From: an uncultured bacterium
GTDB lineage: Bacteria; Omnitrophota; Omnitrophia; Omnitrophales; Aquincolibacteriaceae
NCBI GenBank assembly: GCA_964562525.1
Contig: CAZLTL010000005.1
Span: forward strand, 876-64,875
Direction: 5' to 3'
DNA length: 64,000 nt
The notes under the pieces were generated by a model. That model made no database searches, was not told where the DNA came from, and saw only the letters and a list, made by a program, of their open reading frames with translations. This document shows, piece by piece, positions 31,416-41,823 of the stretch. Made by a program: the position numbers and the translations under genes. The first letter of the stretch is position 1; every line of letters starts with the position of its first letter.

Positions 31416-32888
31416 ATGATTAATCCATCGTTTGCTGAATACAAAAAATCATTCCGTCTCGGGAAAATGATCGCGGTTTATGAAACCTTTCCGGCTGATC
31501 TCGAGACCCCGGTTTCCGCTTTTTTGAAAATTGCTCAATATGAGAAGCATGCCTTTTTACTGGAATCGGCCGTCGAAGAACAGAAGATTGGGCGATATAG
31601 TATTTTGGGAATTAAACCGGAAGAGATTTTAGAGGCGCGCGCAGGGAAAGTCACATTGACGCGCGCAGGTCGTAAGACTAGGCTTTCAGAGCACCACATT
31701 CTTCAGTACATTGAGGAGCAAATCCGAAAAAACCCCGCCGCGAATGAAGCTCTTTTTCCGGGATTTCCGGGCGGGTACATTGGCTATTTTTCTTATGAAA
31801 ATGTCCGTGATTTTGAAAAAGTGAAAATTCAGAATAATCATCCGCGGCTTTTTCCGGATGCTGTTTTTTTTCGCGCGCATGAATTTTTGGTTTTTGATCA
31901 TTACCGTAAAACGCTTTCGATCGTTGTTCAGAATTCAGCTCAAAAACATACATCCGCAGATCAAGCGTATCGTGATGCCTGTAAGCGGATTAAGTTTTAT
32001 GAGCAGAAGCTAAAGACGCCGTTACGGTTGCCCAAGAAATCCACTTCGGTTATGGCGCCCCTCAAGGCTAATTTTTCCCAGAAAGAATTTGAAACGATTG
32101 TGAAGAAGGCAAAAGAATATATCCGCGCGGGAGATATTATTCAGGTCGTGCTTTCTCAGCGTTTTGAGTCGGAGTATCACGGGGATGATTTTCAAATTTA
32201 CCGCTCACTGCGTTCAATTAATCCTTCGCCTTATATGTTTTACTTCAGGTCGGATCAAACTCGCCTTGTCGGTTCTTCGCCGGAAGTCTTGGTGAAAAAG
32301 ACGGGTCGGCTTGCTGAGCTGCGTCCGATTGCGGGAACGCGCCCCCGCGGAAAGACTGAAGCGGAAGATTTAAAGTTTGAAAAACAGCTGTGTACATCGA
32401 AAAAAGAATTAGCTGAACATGTAATGTTGGTGGATTTGGGGCGGAATGACTTGGGGCGTGTTTCTGATTTTCAAAGTGTGCGGGTTAAAGACTATGCGCA
32501 TGTTGAAAGATATTCCCATGTCATGCATTTGGTTTCAAATGTGAGCTCGACATTAAAAAAGGGGAAAACGGCGGCAGATCTTTTAAGAGCCGTCTTTCCG
32601 GCGGGAACCGTGAGCGGTGCTCCTAAAATTCGAGCTATGCAAATTATCGATGAGCTTGAACATGATGGCCGCGGTCCTTACGCGGGCTGTCTTGGGTATT
32701 TTGGTTTTAACGGGGATATGGATATGTGCATTACGATTCGCACTTTAATGTGCGAAGGCAAGCACTTATGTCTTCAGGCCGGCGCGGGCATCGTCAAAGA
32801 TTCCAATCCTAAAAAAGAATATGAAGAGACCGTTAATAAAGCGCGCGCCGTGGTGAAGGCGATTGAACAAAGGGATTGTTTCTCATGA
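31416..32888 (+). CDS. trpE: Anthranilate synthase component I
   Basis: Chorismate-binding domain with GxxxxYxxY...LMCEG-type motifs. N-terminal ...ETFPADLETPVSAFLK typical of TrpE. Confidence 0.9.
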   Translation: MINPSFAEYKKSFRLGKMIAVYETFPADLETPVSAFLKIAQYEKHAFLLESAVEEQKIGRYSILGIKPEEILEARAGKVTLTRAGRKTRLSEHHILQYIEEQIRKNPAANEALFPGFPGGYIGYFSYENVRDFEKVKIQNNHPRLFPDAVFFRAHEFLVFDHYRKTLSIVVQNSAQKHTSADQAYRDACKRIKFYEQKLKTPLRLPKKSTSVMAPLKANFSQKEFETIVKKAKEYIRAGDIIQVVLSQRFESEYHGDDFQIYRSLRSINPSPYMFYFRSDQTRLVGSSPEVLVKKTGRLAELRPIAGTRPRGKTEAEDLKFEKQLCTSKKELAEHVMLVDLGRNDLGRVSDFQSVRVKDYAHVERYSHVMHLVSNVSSTLKKGKTAADLLRAVFPAGTVSGAPKIRAMQIIDELEHDGRGPYAGCLGYFGFNGDMDMCITIRTLMCEGKHLCLQAGAGIVKDSNPKKEYEETVNKARAVVKAIEQRDCFS

Positions 32889-33472
32889 TGATCATGATTG
32901 ATAATTATGACTCATTCACGTACAACCTCGTGCAGTATTTCGGCGAGTTGGGTATCAGTCCGAAAGTTTTTCGCAATGACGAAGTGACATTGCGTCAAAT
33001 TCAAAAATTGAAACCGTCACAAATTGTTGTTTCGCCGGGACCTTGCACGCCGAAAGAGGCGGGAATTTCAAATGAAGTTATCCGTGCTTTTGCGGGAAAA
33101 GTGCCTATTTTTGGTGTCTGCTTGGGGCACCAGTGTTTGGGTGATGTTTTTGGCGGAAAAATTGTCCGCGCTAAAAGAATTATGCACGGCAAAGTTTCCG
33201 ATGTTTATCATGACCGTGATCCGCTGTTTGACGGCATGGATAATCCGTTTCAAGCCACGCGCTATCATTCTCTGGTCATTGAGCCCAAGTCTTTTCCTGC
33301 TGATTTAAAAAAAATCGGCTGGACGAAAGACGGAGAGATTATGGCCGTTCGCCATCGCAAATTTCCGATTTGGGGAGTTCAATTTCATCCTGAATCCATT
33401 TTGACCACACAGGGCATGCGTTTGCTTTCTAATTTTTTAAAAATGGCAAAAGGCAAGACACTAAAAAAATGA
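32876..33472 (+). CDS. trpG: Anthranilate synthase component II (glutamine amidotransferase)
   Basis: Class I GATase with GVCLGHQ and HPES motifs. Overlaps the trpE end. Confidence 0.85.
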   Translation: MFLMMIMIDNYDSFTYNLVQYFGELGISPKVFRNDEVTLRQIQKLKPSQIVVSPGPCTPKEAGISNEVIRAFAGKVPIFGVCLGHQCLGDVFGGKIVRAKRIMHGKVSDVYHDRDPLFDGMDNPFQATRYHSLVIEPKSFPADLKKIGWTKDGEIMAVRHRKFPIWGVQFHPESILTTQGMRLLSNFLKMAKGKTLKK

Positions 33473-34503
33473 TTCACCGGAATTTGCATGCCTCAGAAAA
33501 TGAACTGTCGGACCTGCTTTTGTCCGGAAACTTCGCCGGCGATGATTCCGCTGTTTTTTGGAAGCGATTGGTAAGCGGTCGCTATCCGGATTCTTCTGCG
33601 CGCGCTTTTTTTGTGTTGCTCTCAGCTTTTGGCGAAAGTCCTGATGCTTTGATTGCAGCTTGGAAAGCGATCCGCCAAGCTGAGCAAACGGCGGTTTCGT
33701 TTGATGGGCCGTGTTTAGATACTTGCGGAACCGGCGGAGATGCGAGTCATTCGATTAATTTATCAACTTTGTCGTCGGTGGTCATGGCTGCAGCGGGGGT
33801 TTGTGTGTTAAAGCATGGTAATCGGGCGATTACATCGCGTTGCGGAAGTTCTGATTTATTAGATGCCTTTGGTTTTAATTTGAACCAGAAAATTGAATCG
33901 GTTTTAGATTCCGCGCGGAAAGTGAATATGGGGTATTTTCACGCGCCTGCGGTTCATCCCGTATATGCACGCTATCAGGCTTTACGTCGCGGAATGCGAG
34001 TGCGGACTCTCTTTAACTTGTTGGGGCCGGTGCTTAACCCGGTGGCGGTGCGCTATCAGCTGCTCGGAACGGCTGAGTCGCGTTTGCTTCATCTGTATCA
34101 AACTCTTTTGCCGAGTTTGGGTCGGGAAAGAGCGCTCATCTTTATGGGAGCTGATGGAATGGATGAGATAACCAGCTTGGGGCTAACCCGGGGGGTTTTA
34201 TTGCGAGGGAATAAAGCTCAAAATTGGCTTTTGAATCCGGTCACACTTGGTTTTCGCAAAGGTAAGAAAAGTGAATTGCAAATCCAGTCTGTCGCGCATG
34301 CCAAAAAAAGGGCGATTGATATTTTAAAATTGAAAAAATCGGGGGCAGCGCGGGATAGTGTGATATTGAGCGCTGCCGCGGGGATTTCTGTCTTCGACGG
34401 AAATGCGAATTTGGCCGATGCTGTGAGTCGGGCAAAAAATGCGATTGATTCAGGCAAGTCGTGGATTGTTTTAAACGAAATGGTACGGGTTTCAAAATTA
34501 TGA
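33469..34503 (+). CDS. trpD: Anthranilate phosphoribosyltransferase
   Basis: CGTGGDASHSINLST and KHGNRA motifs. Confidence 0.9.
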   Translation: MIHRNLHASENELSDLLLSGNFAGDDSAVFWKRLVSGRYPDSSARAFFVLLSAFGESPDALIAAWKAIRQAEQTAVSFDGPCLDTCGTGGDASHSINLSTLSSVVMAAAGVCVLKHGNRAITSRCGSSDLLDAFGFNLNQKIESVLDSARKVNMGYFHAPAVHPVYARYQALRRGMRVRTLFNLLGPVLNPVAVRYQLLGTAESRLLHLYQTLLPSLGRERALIFMGADGMDEITSLGLTRGVLLRGNKAQNWLLNPVTLGFRKGKKSELQIQSVAHAKKRAIDILKLKKSGAARDSVILSAAAGISVFDGNANLADAVSRAKNAIDSGKSWIVLNEMVRVSKL

Positions 34504-35315
34504 TATTGGATGATATTTTAACCAAAAAAAGAAAAGATCTCGAAGAATTGAAAATGCGTCTGCCTTTGGCTCGCCTGCAGAAAATCGCTGAGTCGCGGAC
34601 CACATTTATCCGCCGCAACTTCAAACACGCTCTGCAGAATACGAAGAAAATCAATATTATTGCTGAGTTAAAAAAAGCATCGCCGTCGGAAGGTTTGTTG
34701 CGGGAAGATTTTCAACCCATGCGTTTAGCTGAAATTTATGAGATCAGCGGGGCTAGCGCAATTTCCATTTTAACGGAGCCGCATTACTTTATGGGGCGGT
34801 CAAGTTATCTGAAGACCGTCCGTCAAGTCACTTCGATTCCGCTTCTGAGGAAAGATTTTATTTTTGAACGATATCAGATTTATGAAACCGCTATTTTAGA
34901 AGCGGATGCTTTTTTGCTGATTTCGTCTTTGCTGGCGGAAGAAGAGCTGCGTGATTTCATTGTTTTGGGTAAGAGTCTGGGGATGGATGCGCTGGTAGAA
35001 GTGCATTCAGACGAGGATTTACACAAGGCGCTTGCTGCAGGCGCGGAAATTATCGGAATCAACAACCGGAATTTACGCACTTTGGAAGTCAATACCCGTA
35101 ATGCGGAGCGACTTATTCCGCATATTCCCGCGGGCAAAGTGATTGTGGTGGAAAGCGGGCTTAAGACGCATGATGAAATTTTAAGCTACAAGAGTATCGG
35201 AACCCATGCCTTTTTGATTGGGCGTACTTTTATGAAATCACCCGATATTGCGCAAACGTTTCATCAGCTTTTAGGTAAGCATAATGCAACCTTAATCGAG
35301 GGTTCTCATGGCTAA
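34500..35315 (+). CDS. trpC: Indole-3-glycerol phosphate synthase
   Basis: MILDDILTKKRKDLEE N-terminus, IIAELKKASPS and LLRKDFIF motifs. ATGA overlap with the trpD stop. Confidence 0.85.
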   Translation: MILDDILTKKRKDLEELKMRLPLARLQKIAESRTTFIRRNFKHALQNTKKINIIAELKKASPSEGLLREDFQPMRLAEIYEISGASAISILTEPHYFMGRSSYLKTVRQVTSIPLLRKDFIFERYQIYETAILEADAFLLISSLLAEEELRDFIVLGKSLGMDALVEVHSDEDLHKALAAGAEIIGINNRNLRTLEVNTRNAERLIPHIPAGKVIVVESGLKTHDEILSYKSIGTHAFLIGRTFMKSPDIAQTFHQLLGKHNATLIEGSHG

Positions 35316-35949
35316 GGTTAAAATTTGCGGAAATACAAACGCGGTTGATATTCAGAAGGCGATCATGCTTGGCGCGGATTATTTGGGGCTTATTTTTGTG
35401 CCCGGAAGTAAGCGGTTTGTCGACCCGAATCAAGCCAAAGAACTTGTGGCAAGCGCGCCTGGGTTTCAAAATTTTGTCGGAGTTTTTTTTAATCAATCGA
35501 AAGAAGACGTGGAAGCGGTAGCCGAAACAGCAGGGCTGCGCTGGCTTCAGTTTCACGGCGATGAAACTTCTCGCTACTGCAATTATTTTATGCAAAAAGG
35601 TTTTTCTGTTATTAAAACTTTTCGGATTCAGGATTCTCGGTCGCTTTTACGAATGGATGAATACGATGTTACGGCTTATTTGTTTGATACGTTCTCAAAA
35701 ACCTCTAAGGGCGGAACCGGCCAGACATTTGATTGGTCTTTGATTCAGGATAAACCTTATGTTCATGAAAAGCTTTTTTTGGCGGGCGGACTACATTTGG
35801 GTAATCTTAAAGAAGCGCTCCAGGCCGTTCGGCCGTTCGCGGTGGATGTTGCCAGTGGGGTGGAAGCTTCTCCCGGCTTAAAGGATCACACAAAACTTCA
35901 GCAGTTCATTCAAACCGCACATGGGATGAACAGTCATGTCCCGACTTGA
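35308..35949 (+). CDS. trpF: Phosphoribosylanthranilate isomerase
   Basis: MAKVKICGNT N-terminus and (beta/alpha)8 TrpF similarity. Confidence 0.85.
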   Translation: MAKVKICGNTNAVDIQKAIMLGADYLGLIFVPGSKRFVDPNQAKELVASAPGFQNFVGVFFNQSKEDVEAVAETAGLRWLQFHGDETSRYCNYFMQKGFSVIKTFRIQDSRSLLRMDEYDVTAYLFDTFSKTSKGGTGQTFDWSLIQDKPYVHEKLFLAGGLHLGNLKEALQAVRPFAVDVASGVEASPGLKDHTKLQQFIQTAHGMNSHVPT

Positions 35950-37117
35950 AGAGCGGCGCGCTTTTTTAAAGCGCCTGTCCAAAAATTTGGAGCAAATTGA
36001 CAAGAAAACGCTTCTGACCCATTTATTGGACGAAGCGGAAGGGTATGAAGCCTTTGTCGGTTTGCTGCAGCGTCTCGATGAAGGAATCTTGCTTGTTTCA
36101 GAACAGGGTGAGGTTGAGCTGATGAATGATTCGGCCCGTAAAATGCTGGGTCTCAAGATGACCCCAACCCAACCTTTTTGGGATGACATCGAAGACGCTG
36201 ATTTAAAATCTTTTTTTGAGAAACAACTTCAAGCGATTCGTTCCGAAGTTGTGCAAATTGTTCGGGCTTTAACGCCTCAAGAACGCAACTTTAAAATCCA
36301 CATTCATCCCACGGTTTTAACAAAGCCCGCGCGGCATTTAATCAGCGTAACGGACCTGACCCATTCCTTGTTGCCTGAGGTGGAGCGTATGGCGCGACGC
36401 CGGTTTGAAGCTTTAATTCGGCTTACGGGCGGTTTAGCGCATGAAATCGGTAATCCGCTCAACGCGATGTCGCTTCATACCGAAATTTTAAAAAAACAGA
36501 TTGAGAAAGTGAGTGATCCCAAAAAAGATTATTTGCTGGATACGGTTCAAATTATTAAAGATGAAATAGGCCGACTCGATCGGATTGTGCGAAATTTTTT
36601 AAAAACAACCCGCCGAACCCCGCTGCGGTTTCAAATGCTGAATTTAAGCACAATCATTCAGGATGTTTTGCGCGTGATGAAGCCTTCTTTGGAAGAGCAT
36701 GATGTGCGTTTGGAAATTTCAATTCCGGAGCGGGTTGATTTTTTTCTGGATGAGGAGCGCATGCGCTCGCTGTTTATGAACTTGATTCAGAACGCGATGG
36801 AAGCCATGTCGCAAGGCGGAAATTTGACCATCCAAGCTGTTGTTAAAGGGCAGACGGCGAAAATTGTTGTTGAAGATACCGGTAAGGGAATTGCTGAGCA
36901 GGATTTACCGCATATTTTTGAAGCCTATTTCACGACTAAAGAGCATGGTTCAGGTTTAGGACTAATGTTTGTTTATGACGCGGTTCACGATCATGGCGGA
37001 AAAGTGGATGTGCGCAGCCGCCCCGGCAAGGGCACACGTTTTGAAATTACATTGCCTTTGCGCCGATCCAATTTACAAATCCAGCACGCTTCCAATCAAG
37101 TGACAGGAGATGAGTGA
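35936..37117 (+). CDS. Sensor histidine kinase (cytoplasmic, PAS-like N-terminus; HisKA + HATPase_c)
   Basis: H-box LAHEIGNPLNAMSLHTEIL and N/G1/G2 boxes (NLIQNAMEAM, EDTGKGI, GSGLGL). No TM segments. The start overlaps the trpF 3' end by 14 nt. Confidence 0.8.
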   Translation: MSRLEERRAFLKRLSKNLEQIDKKTLLTHLLDEAEGYEAFVGLLQRLDEGILLVSEQGEVELMNDSARKMLGLKMTPTQPFWDDIEDADLKSFFEKQLQAIRSEVVQIVRALTPQERNFKIHIHPTVLTKPARHLISVTDLTHSLLPEVERMARRRFEALIRLTGGLAHEIGNPLNAMSLHTEILKKQIEKVSDPKKDYLLDTVQIIKDEIGRLDRIVRNFLKTTRRTPLRFQMLNLSTIIQDVLRVMKPSLEEHDVRLEISIPERVDFFLDEERMRSLFMNLIQNAMEAMSQGGNLTIQAVVKGQTAKIVVEDTGKGIAEQDLPHIFEAYFTTKEHGSGLGLMFVYDAVHDHGGKVDVRSRPGKGTRFEITLPLRRSNLQIQHASNQVTGDE

Positions 37118-38484
37118 TGGCTAACTTTCAATCCATTTTAATTGTGGATGACGACGAAAACTCGCTGAAAGGCTTGGCGCGTTACCTTGAAAATTTGGAA
37201 TATGATGTGCTTACAGCGAGCAATGCCGCGCAAGCGATTGAACTTTTTAGGCTTGAGAAGCCCGATTTAGTTTTATCCGACGTTAAAATGCCCGGGATGA
37301 GCGGCTCTGATCTGTTGGATAAACTGATTGAGATTCACCCCGCCGCCAAAGTGATTCTCATGACGGCTTACGGCAGCGTGGAAGACGCGGTGAAGGCGAT
37401 TAAGAAAGGTGCTTTTTATTATCTCCAAAAGCCAATTAATTTAGATGAGCTTGAGATTTTGATCAAGAAAGCCTTCTCCAGCAAGTTGCTTGAGGAAGAA
37501 AACCGTGAATTGAAGAGGGAATTGTTTGCCCAAAAGTTTGATGATGGCGAACTTGTCGCGGAATCTTCGAAGATGAAAGAGCTCTTAAAGATCGTTGATA
37601 AAATCGCACAATCTCAGTCGACGATTTTAATTGAAGGCGAAAGCGGTACCGGAAAAGAGTTGATTGCCCATCGTATTCATAGGCTTAGTCAGCGCGCGCA
37701 GGCAGCCTTTATTCCCGTGCATTGCGCGGCTTTAACGGACACTCTTTTAACGAGTGAGTTGTTTGGCCATGAAAAAGGCGCTTTTACCGGAGCTTTAGAA
37801 CGTAAACAGGGACGGTTTGAACGCGCGCATCAGGGAACTTTGTTTTTGGATGAAATGGGGGAAATTTCAAAAGATACGCAGGTGAAGCTTTTGCGCGTGT
37901 TGCAAGAAGGCGAGTTTGAGCGCGTGGGCGGCGCTAAAACGATTAAAGTGGATGTACGTGTGGTTGCCGCGACGAATCGTCATCTGCTTGAAGAGGTCAA
38001 GGCCGGGCGTTTTCGCGAAGATTTATACTACCGTATCAATGTGATTTACATAAAAGTTCCGCCTTTACGCGAACGCAAAGAAGATATTCCGCCGCTGGTG
38101 CATAATTTTATCCGGCAGTTTTCGAAGGCAAACGGAAAAAAGCTGACCGGAATTGATAAAAAAGCCATGGAACTTTTAGTTGCTTACGATTGGCCCGGAA
38201 ATATCCGTGAGCTTAAAAATATTATTGAGCGCATGATCGTGTTGAGTTCAGAGCCGATTTTGCAGGCGGATCTTGTTCCTGATGATATCCGCTCTTTTTA
38301 TCCCAAAGCGGCCGTCAGCGAAGCAGGCGCACATGCTTCTTTAAGTGAGGTTGAAAAAGATCTTATTTTGCGGACGTTGAAAGCGCATCATGGTAATAAA
38401 TCTTCCGCCGCGCAAGCTTTGGGCATTTCCCGCCGAACCCTTTATCGGAAGATAGAAGAATATCGAATTCCAGAAAATTCTTAG
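37114..38484 (+). CDS. Sigma-54-dependent response regulator (NtrC family: REC + AAA+ sigma-54 activator + Fis-type HTH)
   Basis: Receiver Asp pocket (IVDDDE...LSDVKMPGMSG), Walker A GESGTGKE, GAFTGA motif, Walker B FLDEMGE and a C-terminal HTH (AAQALGISRRTLYRKI). Confidence 0.85.
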   Translation: MMANFQSILIVDDDENSLKGLARYLENLEYDVLTASNAAQAIELFRLEKPDLVLSDVKMPGMSGSDLLDKLIEIHPAAKVILMTAYGSVEDAVKAIKKGAFYYLQKPINLDELEILIKKAFSSKLLEEENRELKRELFAQKFDDGELVAESSKMKELLKIVDKIAQSQSTILIEGESGTGKELIAHRIHRLSQRAQAAFIPVHCAALTDTLLTSELFGHEKGAFTGALERKQGRFERAHQGTLFLDEMGEISKDTQVKLLRVLQEGEFERVGGAKTIKVDVRVVAATNRHLLEEVKAGRFREDLYYRINVIYIKVPPLRERKEDIPPLVHNFIRQFSKANGKKLTGIDKKAMELLVAYDWPGNIRELKNIIERMIVLSSEPILQADLVPDDIRSFYPKAAVSEAGAHASLSEVEKDLILRTLKAHHGNKSSAAQALGISRRTLYRKIEEYRIPENS

Positions 38485-38674
38485 CCATTAAGCCACAGCA
38501 GTTGAGTCATAGTGGCACACTTGCTTTTTTTCTCACGCGAATCCTCTGAATTTATATTGTTGTAACTTTATTGATTTCAATAGGTTAAACAATGTTTCGC
38601 CGCCACTTGGTTATGGCACAGGAATTGATACTCCAAGTTATCGCAATAGTTCTCAAATTAAGGAGCATAAGATT

Positions 38675-40582
38675 ATGGCAAAAGTATTAGGTATCGATTT
38701 AGGAACAACCAATTCATGTATGGCAATTATCGAAGCGGGCGAAACAAAGGTCATTGCCAATAAAGAAGGCAATCGCACAACGCCTTCGATTGTTGCTTTC
38801 ACTAAAACAGGAGAAAGAATTGTCGGTCAAGCGGCGAAGCGCCAGGCCGTAACGAATCCTGAGAATACTGTTTTCAGTGCGAAGCGTTTCATTGGACGCC
38901 GTTTTGAAGAAACTGAAGCGGATCGCAAGATGGTTGCTTTTAAAGTCAATAAAGGCAAGCATGGCGAAGCTGTGATTCAAGTTCCTCAGGAAAATCGTGA
39001 ATTTACACCGCCTGAAATTTCAGCCATGGTACTTCAAAAGCTGAAAAGCGACGCAGAAGCCTTTTTGGGTGAAAAAATCACACAAGCTGTGATTACGGTT
39101 CCGGCTTATTTCAACGATTCACAGCGCCAGGCAACGAAAGACGCCGGTCAAATTGCCGGTCTTGAAGTTTTGCGCATTATCAACGAGCCGACAGCTGCGG
39201 CGCTGGCTTATGGTTTAGATAAGAAGAAAGATGAAAAGATTGCCGTGTATGATTTGGGAGGCGGAACGTTTGACGTTTCCATTCTTGAAATCGGCGATGG
39301 CGTTTTTGAAGTCAAGGCAACCAACGGCGATACTCATTTGGGCGGCGACGACTTTGACCAAATTGTTATCGCATGGCTCACAGAAGAGTTCAAAAAATCC
39401 GAAGGCATTGATTTGAGCAAAGATAAGATGGCGATTCAACGCCTCAAAGAAGCCGCAGAAAAAGCGAAGTGCGAACTTTCAACTTCACAATCAACGGAAA
39501 TCAATTTGCCGTTTATTACCGCGGATGCATCGGGTCCTAAGCATTTACTTTTGACTTTAACTCGCGCCAAGCTTGAGCAATTGTGTCAGAACTTGATTGA
39601 GCGTACCGCTCAGCCCTGCATTCAGGCTTTGAAGGATGCGGGTTTAAATGCTTCTGATATCAATGAAGTGATTCTTGTCGGCGGTATGACCCGTATGCCG
39701 GCCGTGGTTCAGAAAGTAAAATCGATTTTTGGCAAAGAGCCGCATCAAGGTGTCAATCCGGATGAAGTGGTTGCGGTTGGCGCAGCGATCCAGGGTGGGG
39801 TTCTTCAAGGTGATGTGAAAGACGTTCTTCTGCTTGACGTGACTCCGCTTTCGCTTGGAATTGAAACTCTCGGCGGAATTATGACGAAGCTGATTGAGCG
39901 CAATACCACTATCCCGACCAAGAAATCAGAAATTTTCTCCACAGCCGCTGATAATCAAACCGCAGTCACGGTGAAGGTTTTGCAGGGGGAGCGTGAGATG
40001 GCGAATGATAACCGGAGTTTGGGAGTTTTTAACCTTGAAGGTATTCCGCCGGCCGCGCGCGGAGTTCCACAGGTGGAAGTCACTTTCGACATTGATGCGA
40101 ATGGTATTGTGCATGTTTCCGCAAAAGACTTGGGGACAGGTAAAGAACAGAAAATTCGCATTGAATCTTCATCCGGTCTTTCTAAGGAAGAAATCGAAAA
40201 GCTGGTTAAAGAAGCTCAGGCGCATGCGTCGGAAGACAAACAGAAGCATGAGGTTATTACCGCCCGGAATCAGCTTGATAGTTTGATTTATGCGACTGAA
40301 AAGAGCTTGAAAGAGAATGAAGCGAAGGCAACGGCGGAAGAAAAACAAAAGATTGAAGACGCGATTAAAGAAGCTCGGGAAGCGTTGAAAACGGATGACA
40401 AATCCAAGCTTGACGCTGCGACCCAAGCCGTCTCAGCCGCCTCGCAGTCCTTTGCTCAGAAAATCTACGCGGAAGCATCGCAGAAAGCTCAGCCCCAGCA
40501 GCCCGGTGCGGAAGCTAAAAAAGACGATGCCGTGGATGCGGAATATGAGGTTGTTGACGATGAGGACAAAAAGAAAAAGTAA
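38675..40582 (+). CDS. dnaK: Chaperone protein DnaK (Hsp70)
   Basis: [16 protein letters not shown] and GG-rich NBD motifs, full length. AAGGAG RBS. Confidence 0.95.
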   Translation: MAKVLGIDLGTTNSCMAIIEAGETKVIANKEGNRTTPSIVAFTKTGERIVGQAAKRQAVTNPENTVFSAKRFIGRRFEETEADRKMVAFKVNKGKHGEAVIQVPQENREFTPPEISAMVLQKLKSDAEAFLGEKITQAVITVPAYFNDSQRQATKDAGQIAGLEVLRIINEPTAAALAYGLDKKKDEKIAVYDLGGGTFDVSILEIGDGVFEVKATNGDTHLGGDDFDQIVIAWLTEEFKKSEGIDLSKDKMAIQRLKEAAEKAKCELSTSQSTEINLPFITADASGPKHLLLTLTRAKLEQLCQNLIERTAQPCIQALKDAGLNASDINEVILVGGMTRMPAVVQKVKSIFGKEPHQGVNPDEVVAVGAAIQGGVLQGDVKDVLLLDVTPLSLGIETLGGIMTKLIERNTTIPTKKSEIFSTAADNQTAVTVKVLQGEREMANDNRSLGVFNLEGIPPAARGVPQVEVTFDIDANGIVHVSAKDLGTGKEQKIRIESSSGLSKEEIEKLVKEAQAHASEDKQKHEVITARNQLDSLIYATEKSLKENEAKATAEEKQKIEDAIKEAREALKTDDKSKLDAATQAVSAASQSFAQKIYAEASQKAQPQQPGAEAKKDDAVDAEYEVVDDEDKKKK

Positions 40583-40610
40583 TTTCGTCAATTTCGTTCC
40601 TGAATTTAAA

Positions 40611-40646
40611 AAAGCCGCCCGGGTTTACCGGGCGGCTTTTTTTGTT
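40611..40646 (+). terminator. Strong Rho-independent terminator after dnaK
   Basis: Perfect 12-bp GC-rich stem AAAGCCGCCCGG-GTTTA-CCGGGCGGCTTT followed by TTTTTTTG. Confidence 0.8.
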
Positions 40647-40662
40647 TTGGGCCAGTCTTCCG

Positions 40663-40691
40663 TTGGAAACGCGGCCTAAAGCTTCTATAAT
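40663..40691 (+). promoter_or_regulatory. Sigma-70-like promoter upstream of the moxR/Bat operon (TTGGAA-17 bp-TATAAT)
   Basis: -35 TTGGAA (40663-40668), 17-bp spacer, perfect -10 TATAAT (40686-40691), ~78 nt upstream of the moxR ATG. Confidence 0.45.
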
Positions 40692-40768
40692 ACCCGCGTT
40701 ATAAAACTTCACCGTGATGAATTAATTAAGTCAACGAATCGTCTCGTTACTGATAATAAGGAGGACGC

Positions 40769-41767
40769 ATGGGTTTCTCGGATGTTTCCATTCAAGAGGT
40801 TAACGCTAAAGTTCGCGACGCCAGTTCCGTTTTACGCGATTTGAGCCGTGAAGTCGGGCGAGCGATTGTCGGTCAGGAGTATATGGTTTCGAGGTTGCTG
40901 ATGGCGATGCTTGCCGATGGACACGTCTTGATTGAAGGTGTTCCGGGCTTGGCCAAAACCATGACCGTGAAGACGCTTTCGGAAGCGATTAAAGCCAGCT
41001 TTGCGCGTATTCAGTTTACGCCGGATCTTTTACCGGCGGACATTATCGGAACGATGATTTTTAATCCCAAAGACGGAACCTTTTCCACTAAACGCGGACC
41101 CGTTTTTGCGAACGTTGTTTTAGCCGACGAAATTAACCGTTCTCCTTCAAAAGTGCAAAGCGCTTTGCTGGAAGCCATGCAGGAAAAGCAGGTTACCGTT
41201 GGCGGCGAGACATTCCCGCTTCCCAAGCCGTTTCTTGTTTTGGCAACGCAAAACCCGCTTGAGCAAGAGGGAACTTATCCGCTGCCTGAAGCTCAGGTTG
41301 ACCGTTTCATGATGAAGTTGATGGTTAATTATCCTTCCAAGAAAGAAGAGAAAGAAATTTTGGAACGCATGACTACGGGACGCAAAATTCAAATTTCGCC
41401 CGTAATTGATGTCGATAAGATTTTAGCTTTGCGTAAACTTTTGCATGAAATTTATATCGATGAAAAGGTTAAAGACTATATCGTTGATTTAGTTTTTGCG
41501 ACGCGCTTTCCTGAGGAATACAACCTCAAAGAATTGAAACCTTTAATTTCTTGCGGTGGTTCACCGCGTGCCAGCATCATGCTGACTTTGGTTTCAAAAG
41601 CCAACGCCTTCATGAATGGACGCGGTTACGTGACTCCGGATGACGTTAAGGAAATCGGAATGGATGTTTTGCGGCATCGCGTTTTGATTACCTATGAAGC
41701 CGAAGCTGAGAATTTAAAATCTGAAGACATTATCCGTAAAATTTTCGATCAAGTCGAAGTGCCGTAA
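40769..41767 (+). CDS. MoxR-family AAA+ ATPase
   Basis: Walker A EGVPGLAKT, Walker B LADEINR and sensor motifs. Typical ~330-aa MoxR. Confidence 0.85.
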   Translation: MGFSDVSIQEVNAKVRDASSVLRDLSREVGRAIVGQEYMVSRLLMAMLADGHVLIEGVPGLAKTMTVKTLSEAIKASFARIQFTPDLLPADIIGTMIFNPKDGTFSTKRGPVFANVVLADEINRSPSKVQSALLEAMQEKQVTVGGETFPLPKPFLVLATQNPLEQEGTYPLPEAQVDRFMMKLMVNYPSKKEEKEILERMTTGRKIQISPVIDVDKILALRKLLHEIYIDEKVKDYIVDLVFATRFPEEYNLKELKPLISCGGSPRASIMLTLVSKANAFMNGRGYVTPDDVKEIGMDVLRHRVLITYEAEAENLKSEDIIRKIFDQVEVP

Positions 41768-41823
41768 CATTTTATCGCTGAGCTCACTCAACCGGCGTTA
41801 ATGCTTCAAAAGGCTTTTGACGA

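Noticed and set aside
38513-38524. Second TGGCAC hexamer (TGGCACacTTGC) upstream of dnaK, considered as a sigma-54 promoter.
   Set aside because: Only 2 nt separate TGGCAC and TTGC, where the consensus needs about 5. The spacing is incompatible with a -24/-12 promoter.
38485-38674. Searched the dnaK upstream region for a CIRCE/HrcA operator and for a GCCAC-N15-GTGGC inverted repeat.
   Set aside because: There is no match to TTAGCACTC-N9-GAGTGCTAA. The GCCAC/GTGGC repeat is only 5 bp with atypical spacing.
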